Positions 1 to 10,856 of a DNA stretch of 64,000 nt are shown here, piece by piece. The stretch is from assembly GCA_963782915.1 (NCBI GenBank), contig CAWALK010000018.1, positions 1,994-65,993 of the forward strand, written 5' to 3'. This DNA comes from an uncultured archaeon. Its GTDB lineage: Archaea; Thermoproteota; Bathyarchaeia; Bathyarchaeales; Bathycorpusculaceae. Below the pieces are notes generated by a model. That model saw only the letters and a list, made by a program, of their open reading frames with translations. It did not search any database and was not told the DNA's origin. Numbering within the stretch: position 1 is the first letter of the stretch; the number at the start of each line of letters is the position of its first letter. The position numbers and the translations under genes are program-made.

Positions 1-500
1 TGATTGCTGCGGGTACTTCAACTGGTGTTTCAATTACTGGGGCTGCTTCAACGGGCTCAACCTCGACTATCGGAGCTGCTTCAACTGCAGCTTCAACTAT
101 TGGAGCTTCAACTACTGGAGCTGCTTCAACTGCTGGAGTACTTCAAAAATTGGTGTGCTTTCGATTACTGGAGCGGTTTCAACTGGGGCTTCGATGGTGG
201 CTTGCTCAACTTGAGCTTCCACTGGCCTCTAAAGGGACCGCTTCTGCTGGGGCTGCTTCTTCAACTGGAGCAGTTTCTACTGGAGCACATTCGACTGGAG
301 CTGCTTCGGCTACTGGAGCTTCAACTGGGGCAGTTTCGATTGGCGCTGCTTCAATTGGGCAGGTTTCTATGATTGGATTGTTTCAACTGGTGTAGCTTCT
401 ACTGGGGCCTCTAAAGGGACCGTTTCTACTGCCGCTGGCTGGGCAATTGGAGCTTCAATTATTGGAGCAACTGGTTCTGGAGCTGCTGGAGCTTGAATTG
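1..500 (-). repeat. Low-complexity coding repeats (PVEAAPVETAP-like)
   Basis: Recurrent cttcaactgg/gagctgct units that encode PVE/EAAP on the minus strand. Confidence 0.85.
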
Positions 501-897
501 GTTGGGCTTGGGAAAAACTTGGTCTATTGCTTGTTTTATTACGTCTAATTCGTTTCTTGTTGTTTGCAAGAGTGGTTGCGAGGAGGTTTATTTCTCGTCC
601 GTAACTGTCCTCATCTATTTCTCCAACAACATGTTGAATTTCGTAGTTAGCGAGAAGCATTTCTAATGTTTTGAGTTGACCTTCTAGTTCTTGGGTTTTT
701 GCTTGCATTTTTTCTGCGAGTTCTTTTCGTTGTTTTTCGATTTCAGTTATTGCTGAGTTGATGTCGCCTGTGAAAGAGTCGCGTGTAGCTTGCGAGATTT
801 TGCCTGTTACAAAAAGGTTGTCTAAGGCTTGCTTCTTTTTCTTAGCTATTTCGTATTCTTCATTTAATCGTTTAAATGTATATTTCCATGAAATCAC
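1..897 (-). CDS. CdvA-like coiled-coil protein with long Pro/Val/Glu/Ala-rich tail (frameshifted, runs off window)
   Basis: GTG start at 897; ISWKYTFKRLNEEYEIAKKKKQALDNLF...LLANYEIQHVVGEIDE resembles TACK CdvA-like coiled coils; PVEA-type repeats continue to position 1 across frames. Confidence 0.65.
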
Positions 898-1310
898 GTT
901 TAGGGCACCATAGCATCCTAGGGTAAAATAAGAGTTAACGTTTGTTAACATGCACATATATCGCTAACTATTAAAAAAGGGTTGGTATGCAGAAAAATGG
1001 AAATTTTAAAGTAAAAAAGGTTGTCTTTGTATGGGTTTATGTATATAAATAGTGAAATTTTTCTTGAAATTAAGATGGGATAAGATGACATTTCCATGTA
1101 AACTATCGTGTATGCTAGAAGCATATTATGTAGCTATATATGAAATCTTAGTGGAGGTTTTAGGAGGTTTTTTTTCGTTGGAAGCAGCTTGCAGGTTTTG
1201 GGAGGTTTGTTTTGTTTATACTTTTCCATGTTTGTTATAACTTATTATTCTAAATCCGAATAAGTCTTATATATCTAAACAAGAATAAACAAATCGAGTC
1301 GTGCAAAAAC

Positions 1311-1682
1311 ATGGTAGCATTAACAATAACAGTAAACGGAGAAAAATCCGAAGCAAGAATAATCAAAAAAATGCATGAACGCGTAATCAAAAGCTTCATG
1401 GACACAATAATAATGGCTGAACTACAAAACGGACCTATAAGCGGATACGACGTAATATCATTCATACACAACAAATTCGGCTTCCTCGCCAGCTCAGGCA
1501 CAGTCTACTCACTACTCTATTCACTTGAGCGCAACGAATTAGTCGAAGGAATCTGGATTGAACGAAAAAGAGTCTACAAACTCACCGAAAAAGGCGCAAA
1601 AACCATCGCAACCATCCTCAAATCCCATGAAAAAATCAAAGGGTTCATGTCAACAATCCTCAAAGCCCAAACACCCCATTAA
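1311..1682 (+). CDS. PadR-family winged-helix regulator
   Basis: ISGYDVISFIHNKFGFLASSGTVYSLLYSLERNELV...RVYKLTEKG. Confidence 0.85.
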   Translation: MVALTITVNGEKSEARIIKKMHERVIKSFMDTIIMAELQNGPISGYDVISFIHNKFGFLASSGTVYSLLYSLERNELVEGIWIERKRVYKLTEKGAKTIATILKSHEKIKGFMSTILKAQTPH

Positions 1683-1762
1683 CAGTTTCTTTTTATCACT
1701 AATTCAATAGAAATACTAAAAAACCCCTTCGTGTTTTCCTATCAGCCGCAACGAATCTTTGC

Positions 1763-1840
1763 GGGTCCGTAGCTCAGTCAGGCTAGAGCATCGGACTTTT
1801 AATCCGGGGGTCGCGGGTTCAATTCCCGTCGGACCCGCCA
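1763..1840 (+). tRNA. tRNA-Lys (UUU), CCA encoded; provirus integration target
   Basis: Acceptor GGGTCCG/CGGACCC, anticodon loop CTTTTAA, T-arm GGGTTCAATTCCC, G73-CCA. Confidence 0.97.
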
Positions 1841-2377
1841 GAATTTCGTTCATTTATACCGTTATTTTTCCCTTTCTTTTTTTCTCAAGTAGAATTCTAA
1901 GGTCCGAAAAACCGTAATTTGTCATTTCAGCAGATGATCCGCCGGAGAAAACTCTATAACAGATGAGTTTTACTTCAAGGGCATTTACCCGGTGGAGGTC
2001 CTTCTGGCGTGCAAGATGGGCTGGTTGAGGTTCGGGCAAAAACTACTTTTCTCCATACCAGCGCATATTCAGATGGGAAACGTCAGGTTCGAATCGGTGT
2101 GACACAGAAGCGTTGGGTCAGGAAGGGCGAAATTTTGAAAGTTCCGTTTCGGCACGTTTGGTCGCATCGGCGCCGAATGGCAAAAGGACACTTTTGTAAA
2201 TTAAACAGTAGTCATCAACTTCCAAGCGCCACCTAATTTCCTTCCAATGCTTGAGGGGGAGCAGTAGACTTTGGCGCCAAGGAAATGCAAGGGCACACCG
2301 CTTAAGAATGTTTAGTGGCAAAGAGGCCATTCCAAGTCTTAAAAAGTATAAATGACCCATGCGAATAAATATCAACT

Positions 2378-3213
2378 ATGTCTGTAAAGGCTACCCCTTC
2401 ATCGAAACAGAAAAATGAGAAAAAGATTGCATTTGTAATCTCTCCCATCGGCAAGCCAAACTCGGAAGAACGCACACGTTCAGGCCAAATTCTAAATCAT
2501 ATAATAAAACCAGTCGTTGCCGAACTTAATTTCGAAGCCAAACGAGCAGATGATATAACGTCGCCTGAGAATCTACTACTCAAATTGTCGATCACATCAT
2601 AAATGACCCATTTGTTATTGCTGACCTTACGGACCATAATCCAAACGTTATGTATGAATTGGCTCTTAGACATGCCATACGAAAGCCAGTTGTTCAGATC
2701 ATATGTGAACCCCAAAATCTCCCTTTTGATATTGCAGCAAACCGAACAATAAAACTCAACTATAGAGACTTAGATAGTGTTGCTTGTGCAAAAGAAAGTC
2801 TTAGAAAATTTATTGTCGAAGTAATCGAAGACCCTACACTTGTTGATTCGCCAATTTCTCAAGGCGCTTCTCTTGATCTCTTAAACAAAAGGGCGAGGAT
2901 CCAGTAGCAACAACCGTACTAAGGATTTCGCAAGGAATAAGCGAAGTTATTACAAGGCTCTCTTTAATTGAGGCTAAAATTGCAGTCCAAAGTAATCAAA
3001 TTTCCAAGATTGGGAAAACTCTGGATGGAGTTACGAGAACCAGAGTATGAGCCAGACTATGAACCGCCCGACGAAGAACCACCAGATGAAGAACCTCCTG
3101 AAGAAGATTGTGAGCCGCCTGAGGAGGAAGCACCTGAGTCTGACCCTTCAGAAAATGAGCCTCCAGAGGAGGAACCGTCTGACTGTAGAACCGCCCGACG
3201 AAGAACCTCCTGA
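2378..3213 (+). CDS. Nucleoside 2-deoxyribosyltransferase-like domain protein with coiled coil and acidic Pro/Glu tail (frameshifted)
   Basis: AFVISPIG...RADDI...IADLTDHNPNVMYELALRH...KP...LPFDI...RTI; ORFs 2378-2602, 2650-2907 and 2968-3213 join by single indels; inclusion of the acidic tail is less certain. Confidence 0.65.
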
Positions 3214-3331
3214 AGGCGCTCCCTAACGGCCCACCTTCAATAATATTCTTCTTAAAGCTCTACAATCTCATCCTGTTTGGTTGGATAAAATTTTAATCCC
3301 AAGTTCCCGTAGCTCTTGGGCATGCTTGACT

Positions 3332-3349
3332 TACATGTTAACGGTTATA
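3332..3349 (+). promoter_or_regulatory. Putative viral late promoter, copy 1 (TACATGTTAA-cgg-TTATA)
   Basis: Same motif at 10858, 11934 and 20589; lies 53 nt before the packaging operon. Confidence 0.6.
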
Positions 3350-3384
3350 TTGACAACGCCTAAGAAGGGACTGTTGATGAAACA

Positions 3385-3661
3385 ATGCTCAAACCGAACT
3401 ATGAGGAACTCGCCTGCAAAATTCATCTTAGCATACGAGGTCATAGGGATAAGAAAGGCAAGTTCGATTGGTCTGGCGCTGTTTTGGATGCAGGCATAAT
3501 CAGCGGTATCACATTTTTCACGGGGCTTGGTACTTTAGCGTCTAGCTGCTGCCATTTCTCCTACGAGCTTTTGTGTGCTTCTCAGTGCGGTTGGGGCTGA
3601 GTTTCTTGGGATCTTAGCGACTAAAAGAGGGCTTGTACAAAAAACCGTTGGGAGCTGTTAA
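3385..3661 (+). CDS. Small membrane protein, holin-like candidate (frameshifted)
   Basis: FDWSGAVLDAGIISGITFFTGLGTL...EFLGILATKRGL; about two hydrophobic helices with a basic C-terminus. Confidence 0.4.
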
Positions 3662-3664
3662 GAA

Positions 3665-4231
3665 TTGGAAGCTAAGACGACTTTGCGTGTACCTGACTTC
3701 ATGAAGCCTATTCTTGAAGACATTAGGCTTTTGCGCTCAGATGGAAACAACCCAAACAGGATGACGAACAAGCAAAAAGAGGAACTGTGGAAAAGCCTAG
3801 AGGAGTTTGGCTGGACTGACCCCATCCTCACAAACCAAGATGGCGTTTTTACTGATGGGGAGCAACGGGTTAGCGTCTGCATTGCCCATGGAGAGTTTTA
3901 TGCGCCAGTATATCGCATGAATGACCTTTCCGAGGTACAGCGGCGCCGACTCAGATTGATCGCCAACGAATTGAAGGGCAAGCACAACAAAGAACTGGAA
4001 GAAGAGGAGTGGCAGCGCATTATCGAGTTAGGACAACGCGAAGAGCTAGAGTCTTTTCTTGATTCGATTGGGGAAAAGCTGCCTGAAACATTAAGGGATG
4101 AACACGAGAAGGTTTCCATTATCCCTGAAACTTACGAGTTAATTGTGGAGTGCAAAGATGAAGCCGACCAGAAAGCCAAGTTAGAGGAGTTGCAGGCCAA
4201 GAGTTGGAAGGTTCGGGTTCTAAATCTTTAG
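3665..4231 (+). CDS. ParB/Srx N-terminal domain protein
   Basis: NPNRM...LWKSLEEFGWTDPILTNQDGVFTDGEQR...RLRLIANELKG. Confidence 0.8.
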   Translation: MEAKTTLRVPDFMKPILEDIRLLRSDGNNPNRMTNKQKEELWKSLEEFGWTDPILTNQDGVFTDGEQRVSVCIAHGEFYAPVYRMNDLSEVQRRRLRLIANELKGKHNKELEEEEWQRIIELGQREELESFLDSIGEKLPETLRDEHEKVSIIPETYELIVECKDEADQKAKLEELQAKSWKVRVLNL

Positions 4232-4243
4232 GAGGCTTCGAGG

Positions 4244-4994
4244 TTGGATTTTGATTTTACTCACCGGTGGCAGGCTGGCAATTCTTTCCGTGAAGAAGCC
4301 GTTAAAGGCACCTATGACCTCAAGGATGTCAAGTTGGAGAAGCGTATCTGCGGAAGCCTTCCAATTGAGGGTTTGAATTGGCAGATCGGCGTTATAGTCG
4401 GGTCCAGCGGCAGCGGAAAAACCAGCATAGCCCGCCATCAGTGGCCTGAGGCTTACTTTGCTGATTTAGCGGGAGCGCTATAAGCAACCTTGTTTTCTCA
4501 ACGATTTCCCACCTGAGCTAAGCATCAAAGACATCGAAACTGCCCTATGTAGCAGCGGATTTAGCGAGCCGCCTTCTTGGCTGAAAAGCTATGCCGTGCT
4601 AAGCCAAGGGCAAAAGATGCGTGTGGATGTTGCCCATGCGCTTTGTCTTCCCCAAAACTTGGTTGTCTTCGATGAGTTCACAAGCACCGTGGATCGCACT
4701 GTCGCCCAAATCGGCAGCTATGCGATTAGCCGCGCCGTCCGAAAGCATCCGGGTAAACAGTTTATCGCCGTAACCTGCCATTTTGACGTGCTAGATTGGC
4801 TTGAGCCTGACTGGGTTTATGATGTGGACGCTAACGTTTTTTGGGATTACACGGGCACATTGCAGGAGCACAAGACGGCTTTTGGAACCCAAGTTAGGAG
4901 TGTAAAAAAAAACGACGTCACCCGCCAATCAACTTATCAGTGCATAGGTGCAACCTTGCCATGTGGCAGGTGTTTAGGGAACATCACTATCTAA
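4244..4994 (+). CDS. Soluble ABC-type ATPase (COG2401-like), probably fused or coupled to the downstream GNAT (frameshifted)
   Basis: Walker A GSSGSGKT, signature LSQGQ, Walker B VVFDEFTS, H-loop VTCH. Confidence 0.85.
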
Positions 4995-5395
4995 ACACTA
5001 AGGCTCTTGGGGCTGGCGTGCGATGTTATGTCGCCAAATATGGGGATAAACCCATTGCGTTTATTGCAGTTGCGAATGTGCACATGAAGGTGCAGTATTA
5101 TCGGGTCAGTCGGCTTGTTGTCCTGCCAGATTATCAAGGTATTGGCGTGGGTAGGCGGCTGCTGGATTTTATGGCGGACCTCTACACACGGCAGACTAAA
5201 CGTCCTTTCTATATTGTAACAAGCAATCCTCAGCTTGCACGTGGCTTGGCGAATTGGAAGGTTAAGCGGTTTGGGCATGGCAGTTCGGGAAGAAGTAACA
5301 CAAGAATAAATCGGGGGCTGGTTAAAGCGAACAGTAGAGGGCGCTTGACATTCACATTAAAGTATGTTCCAAAGATGGGAGCGCCTAAACAATGA
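4940..5395 (+). CDS. GNAT-fold acetyltransferase
   Basis: EHHYL...RVSRLVVLPDYQGIGVG acetyl-CoA binding motif A. Confidence 0.85.
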   Translation: MHRCNLAMWQVFREHHYLNTKALGAGVRCYVAKYGDKPIAFIAVANVHMKVQYYRVSRLVVLPDYQGIGVGRRLLDFMADLYTRQTKRPFYIVTSNPQLARGLANWKVKRFGHGSSGRSNTRINRGLVKANSRGRLTFTLKYVPKMGAPKQ

Positions 5396-5450
5396 CTTCT
5401 TTTTTTCGCTTTTCTTGGACAATTATTGGTCCAAAATATGGGGGTACCCT

Positions 5451-5969
5451 ATGGAACCTGAGTTGTTTAAGCGTCGCCAACGAATGCTTCGGCTTATTGG
5501 CCGTCGGGAACTCGCTAAGCGCTATTGTGCAGACTTTAAGTGCGGAGTTTCAATGTTCAGCGAATGGGTAATTTACAAAGATCATAAACGGATGAAAACC
5601 TGGGTCGCATGCTTTCGAGCAAGATGAAGCAGTTGACTTCTATTCTGCGGGCGCGGTTGGACTTCTTGAATCGTGAAGCCATGGGTCTTGCTAACTGAAG
5701 GCGGCGACAAGAAGCCGCTAAGCGTCAAGGACAAGTTTGTGAAGATTGGTGCTCTAAATACTGCTCTGAAAATTACGGTTGAGCAAATTAAGGTTGGGCA
5801 GGAACTTGGGTTGATTGAGAGAAAACCCGAAGTTATTCAATCAGCGGTTAGTTTGGCTATGCCTTTTGAGGCGTCGCCTGAGATTAAGGCTGCCTACGCC
5901 AAATTTGCTGAAGCTCAAAGGGCTGACAAGGATGCCACTACAAAAGCTGAATCTGACGCCGGGCACTGA
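5451..5969 (+). CDS. Putative terminase small subunit (HTH; frameshifted)
   Basis: HTH-like N-terminus (SEWVIYKDHKRM) and helical C-terminus; overlaps the start of the large terminase. Confidence 0.55.
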
Positions 5970-7202
5970 TTTTCTGCGGTATGCTCCGCATCCTGCCCAG
6001 CTTCCTTTTCACGCTGGCAAAGGCATCTATAGTCAACGGGCTTGTCTCTGCGGAACTGGGTCGGGAAAGACAAAATGCGGGTTAGCTGAGGATATTCGTT
6101 GGGCGCTGGATTATCCTGGGAGCGTCGGCTTCATTTTTGAGCCATCTTACCCAATGATGAAGCGTATTCTATTCCCAACTTTGGAGAGCAAAGATTTCTT
6201 TGGTTGCCGTTATCCGTTTACGCAGAATCCCTATGTGGCGGACTTTAACCGTGGGGATATGCGGCTGGATTGGTTTAACGGTTCGCAGTGGTGGTTTGTC
6301 TCGCTGGATGATCCAGAAAAGGCCGAAGGTCCTAACGTCGATTATGCGCATATTGATGAGGCTCGGCTTGTTCGCCACTTCGATACTGCGTGGCTTACTG
6401 TTGTGCGTAGGCTTCGCAAAAGTGGCCGCTGCATGGTTCCAATTAACCCAGGCATTTGGCTTACAACAACGACCGATTCTCCTGGCAGCCCTTTGTATAA
6501 TATCACGGAGAACCCTGAGACGAATTCGCCTAATATGCGGATTTACCGTTGGAGCATCTTTGAGAACCCAACCTTGCCCAAAGAATTCTTGGCGGAAATT
6601 GTGCGAACCCACACCGGCGGCTTAGCTGACCGCTTTATCTACGGCAAATTTGCCACTGTCGCCGCGGGTAGCTTGCCCTTTGACTCTTCAAAGCATATTC
6701 GGGAGTTGACTGATAAGGCGTTGATTGATAGGGTTAGCTTTGGCGTTGACTTCGGTTGGAGTGCACCCTCGCGCTATTGTGGTGAACGCTTTTGACCCTG
6801 ACGGCAGAGCCTACGCAGTGGATGAGTTCTATAAACGGGAAACGACAGATGAAGAGTTAGCCGAGGCAGCCAAAGACTTGCAAGAGGAATGGGGTGAGGG
6901 AACGTTTTGGTGTGATGCCCGCTTTCCCCAGTCAATTTTGAAGCTTTGCCGTGCAGGTTTAGACGCTAAGCCCTATACTTTCAAACGTGAAGATGGGTTG
7001 CGGGAGCTTGGAAGCCGCCTAACTCCTGCGAGTGATGGGAAGCCCCGCCAGTTTGTAAGCAAACGTTGCGTTAACCTGATTAGTGAATTGTTGGAGTATC
7101 GGGAAGACGTCAAAGAAAACGACCATGCGACTGGATGCTTTGCGGTATAGTTTGCCACTTCAGTTAGAAGAGAAGCCGTTTTTGTATGTTGTTCGGCGCT
7201 AA
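5932..7202 (+). CDS. terL: Terminase large subunit (frameshifted)
   Basis: PHPAQ Q-motif, Walker A GTGSGKT, Walker B YAHIDEAR, nuclease GVDFGWS and ENDHATDALRY. Confidence 0.93.
7041..7202 (+). repeat. Terminase 3' end, copy A (repeated at 10935-11093)
   Basis: attagtgaattgttggagtatcg...gttcggcgc is present twice. Confidence 0.95.
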
Positions 7203-7217
7203 GGGACTGTCGCAAAC

Positions 7218-10200
7218 TCACTTGTAGGTCCATTTACCGATTATTTTTTGGGGAGGCAAACGCACTGTGAACGTTGTGCCATTTCCTTCTATGCTTTCAA
7301 AAGTTACTGTTCCGTTTAATGCTTCAGTCATGCGCTTAACCACTGCTAACCCTAAGCCTTGACCTTTAGATTTTGTCGTGAACAATGGAGTGAAAAGCTT
7401 CGGCTTAACTTTATCAGGGATGCCTATACCGGTATCTTGAACAGTGATGACTGTGTCTTCTGCATCCAGATGCGCCCTCATGGTTAGTTGGCCTCCATTT
7501 GGCATCGCTTGAACGGCGTTAGAAACCAGATTCCCAAGAATGCGCTTTAATATAATGCTGTCAACCACAATTGTTTTAACAGGTCGTCTCGATATTGCAC
7601 GAAGCCTTGATGTTTTTAGGCATGTCTTTTCCTTGGAGCAAATTCTGTACAAAGGCTTCCAAGTCAATTTTTTGAGTTGCAGGATTAATCGTCTTAGCGT
7701 AATCTTGAAGGTCAGCTACAATCTTGTTAATGTAATCAACGTTCTTTTCTATCTCTTGCAGGCTTTCTAATACACTCTTTTTTTCTTCACTATCGGGTGT
7801 TGAATCCAATTCTGTTTTAGCCAAGTAAATGTCGCTAGTGATAGCCTGTAGTGGATTGCGAATATCATGCCCAACCATTCCAGCCGTCTCACCTATGGCA
7901 GCCATTCGCTGAGCCCTCTCAAGTTTTTTCCTATCATCAATATCAACAAAGGACAAAACGGCGCCATCTATCCTGTCGTCTTGCGTTATGTAGGGTCGAA
8001 TTTGCATTTCAAAATAATGACCTTTCTCATCTTTTACTTCTCTGGTGAAATAGCTTAGTTTAGAAAATACTTCTGAAATTATTTCGCTCAAGTCGTCAAC
8101 TATAATGTTCAGTTTGATGGTCGTTATTGGTAATCCAACTGTTGCAGGTGACAGATTCAGAGTTTTCTGTGCTGAAGGCGAAAATAGCCTAATCTTTAGA
8201 CTCTTATCGATTATGACAATAGCTGGACCCACGTTCCTATTTATGTTGGTTAAGTCATCGTTCAGCTGAGAAAGCGTTTGGTTTCGGTTCTTCACCTCAT
8301 CATTCAACGTTTTCAATTCTTCATTGCTAGACTGAAGCTCTTCTTTAGCTGTTTCCAACTCTTCGTTTGTGCTCTGCAACTCCTCATTACTCGACTGCGC
8401 CTCCTCCATAGTGGTTCTAAGCTCTTCGTTGGTTGCTTCCTGAGTTTCAATAATCCTCTGCACAGTTTGTTTAGTTGACTCCAATTCTTCCCTGAGCTCT
8501 CTATTTTGGCGGTCCTTAAGGTTTTCTCGACCTTCAGGAGAAATATTTAATTCCATCGTTTGGCGTAAAAGCTTCGCAGCTGAACTTACATCTTCGAATA
8601 ATAGAAGGAAAAACGGTGCCTCATACCGTTCAACATGTATGGGAACAACTTGTATGTTAACTGTTCTCTGTTCTCCAGCATATTCAAACCGCACGGCATT
8701 CTCTTTGACAACTTTTTTCTCTTTTTTTGCCCTATAAATTATCGTTTCGACTTCAGACCTTAACTCTTTGCGAATAATTTTAGCAAGGTTCAAACTTGCT
8801 AATCCAGATTCGGGCAATACATATGATGCTATATTTCCTCGAAAAATTAGAACATCCAAATCAACATTAACTAGCAAGGCGGCAGGAACATACTCGGTGA
8901 CTAACAAACGGTCAACCTCGTCTTTCAACTCTGCAAGGACATCTTTTCTGTCGGCTGCTTTACCTTCTTTAGGTTTAAAATATGGCGTTGATGCTTCCAG
9001 ACCAAAAGTGATACGGGGCGGTGCGATCTTCTTCGTGTAGATTGCAGCCCTTTTTGCTTACAGATTCAAATAATTGAGTGAATTTTCCAATACTTTCAGA
9101 TTGCCCTAAGACCAAAAAGCCACCTATTTTTAAGGCGTAATGAAGAGTCGGCACTACTTTTTCGTGTAGTTGTTCGTCAAAGTAAATGAGCATGTTGCGG
9201 CAGCTGATAAGATCCATGTTAGAGAATGGTGGGTCTGCAGTTATGTCTTGCTTTAGCGAAAACACACATATCTCGAATATTTTTACAGATCTGATAATGT
9301 CCGTTGAAGCTTGTGAAGAAATGTTTTAGTCGTTTTTCGGGTAAGTCGGTTTCTATAGTTTTTAGGTATATTCCTCGTCTTGCTTTTTCAACGTTTCTTT
9401 CGTTCACGTCCGTGCCGAAAATTTGAACCTGAATATTTGTTATGGATTTTTCTTCGAGGAACTCTTGTAGTGCAATTGCGAAGGAGTAAGCTTCTTCACC
9501 TGTTGAGCACCCTGGAATCCAGACACGAATGGTTTCATTGGGCGGGCGGTTTTTCACTAATTCTGGAAACACCGTTTCTTTCAAAGCTGTGAATGTTTCA
9601 GGTTCTCTAAAAAAACTTGTCACTCCGATTAGCATATCGTTGTATAGTGCTTCCAGCTCGTTTGGATGCTTCAGCAGGTACTCTGCGTAATCAGCCATTT
9701 TTTTAATGTTGTTGATAACCATTCGACGTGCGATCCGCCGATTTACGACGGTTTCTTTGTAGTGTGAGAAATCCACCTTGAAACTACTTTTTAGCATAGT
9801 GAATATTGCTTTTAAGGGTGTTCCCAATTCTAGCTTTGCATCATTTGGTTCAGTATCTTCTCTTGACGCGATTTCGCTTCGTGCTAGTTGAGGGTTATAG
9901 CGATTTTTTGTAGTTGTAAGGCCATCTGGTCTGGAGATAGAACAAAATCTGCAGCTTCGGCTGTAATGGCACTTTGGGGCATGTCACCATACTGGGCAGA
10001 ATTTGGAGTTTGTGCGAAAGTGATGCCTCCTTGAGCTTTGATGGCTTTTAGACCTTCAGTTCCATCAGAGCCTGTTCCCGAAAGCACGATACCTATACTA
10101 TGATTTTTCGAGTCCTGGGCCAGGGAAGCAAAGAAAGCGTCAATTGGTTTAACCGAAGACGTACCCTTTGGGTGAAGGGTGAGTAACTTGTTTTCCATGG

Positions 10201-10552
10201 TCAAGATAGTTCCGGACGGAATCACGTAAATATGGTTTGGTTCAACTGGTATCTTATCTTTCACTGTTTGGACGTGCATTTTGGTTAATCTTGAAAGAAT
10301 GTCGGATAGCATGCTTTCTTGGCCAGCCGCAAGATGCTGGATAACAACAAAAGACAAGCCGGTATCTGTTGGTAAATATTCTAGCAGACTTTTGAATGCA
10401 TCTAAGCCGCCGGCTGAGGCACCAATTCCAACTATGGGAATACCTTGTTTGTCTTGGTCAGAAGATTTCTTATTAGAACGCTTGGCTGCTTTTTTTTGGT
10501 TTTCGGGAATTTCGTTCCCCCCCCCCACAAAAGAATTGAAAGATGCCATCAA
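7218..10552 (-). CDS. CheB-CheR-PAS-histidine kinase fusion, copy 1 (frameshifted)
   Basis: CheB GASAGG/QH/SGTGSDG; CheR WIPGCSTGEEAYS, DLISCRNMLIYFD; EELQSTNEEL coiled coil; PAS; H-box GHDIRNPL; HATPase NLVSNAVQA, DTGIG, TTKSKGQGLGL. Confidence 0.9.
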
Positions 10553-10856
10553 GATACTCCAGATGAACAGTGGATATAGTGATGTACTGGCTACTGCATA
10601 AAAGGTTTATGCGTACGGTAAAGTAGTTATTTTTTCTCTGTTTCGCCCCAAATATCTATCGCAAAGCTGGTTAGTGCCCAATGCCATCCTCGCTTCTCCG
10701 CTATCTGTTCTTCGAATTGCTTTTCTAAGCGTTTGTTCATTCTAAGGATTCTACGGCTTATCTGGGGCGAGTGACTTTAAAACGCTCAAGCTCAGCCCAT
10801 ATATCTTTTGGGCAACAGACCTGGAGAGGCTGCCACATAGGGGATTCGCACATAGG

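Noticed and set aside
1-500. CRISPR array, or the Leu/Gln-rich ORF 4-372
   Set aside because: Repeats are imperfect, lack spacers and encode PVEA on the minus strand; the plus-strand ORF is their antisense shadow.
2085-2105. GGTTCGAATC as a second tRNA or att fragment
   Set aside because: Flanking bases do not form a T-stem or acceptor strand.
3040-3215. Tandem DNA repeat or CRISPR-like array
   Set aside because: Degenerate codon-level repeats encoding EPP(D/E)E, with no fixed repeat-spacer period.
4244-4994. ABC transporter
   Set aside because: No permease or binding protein; the ATPase is linked to a GNAT and ParB in the packaging operon.
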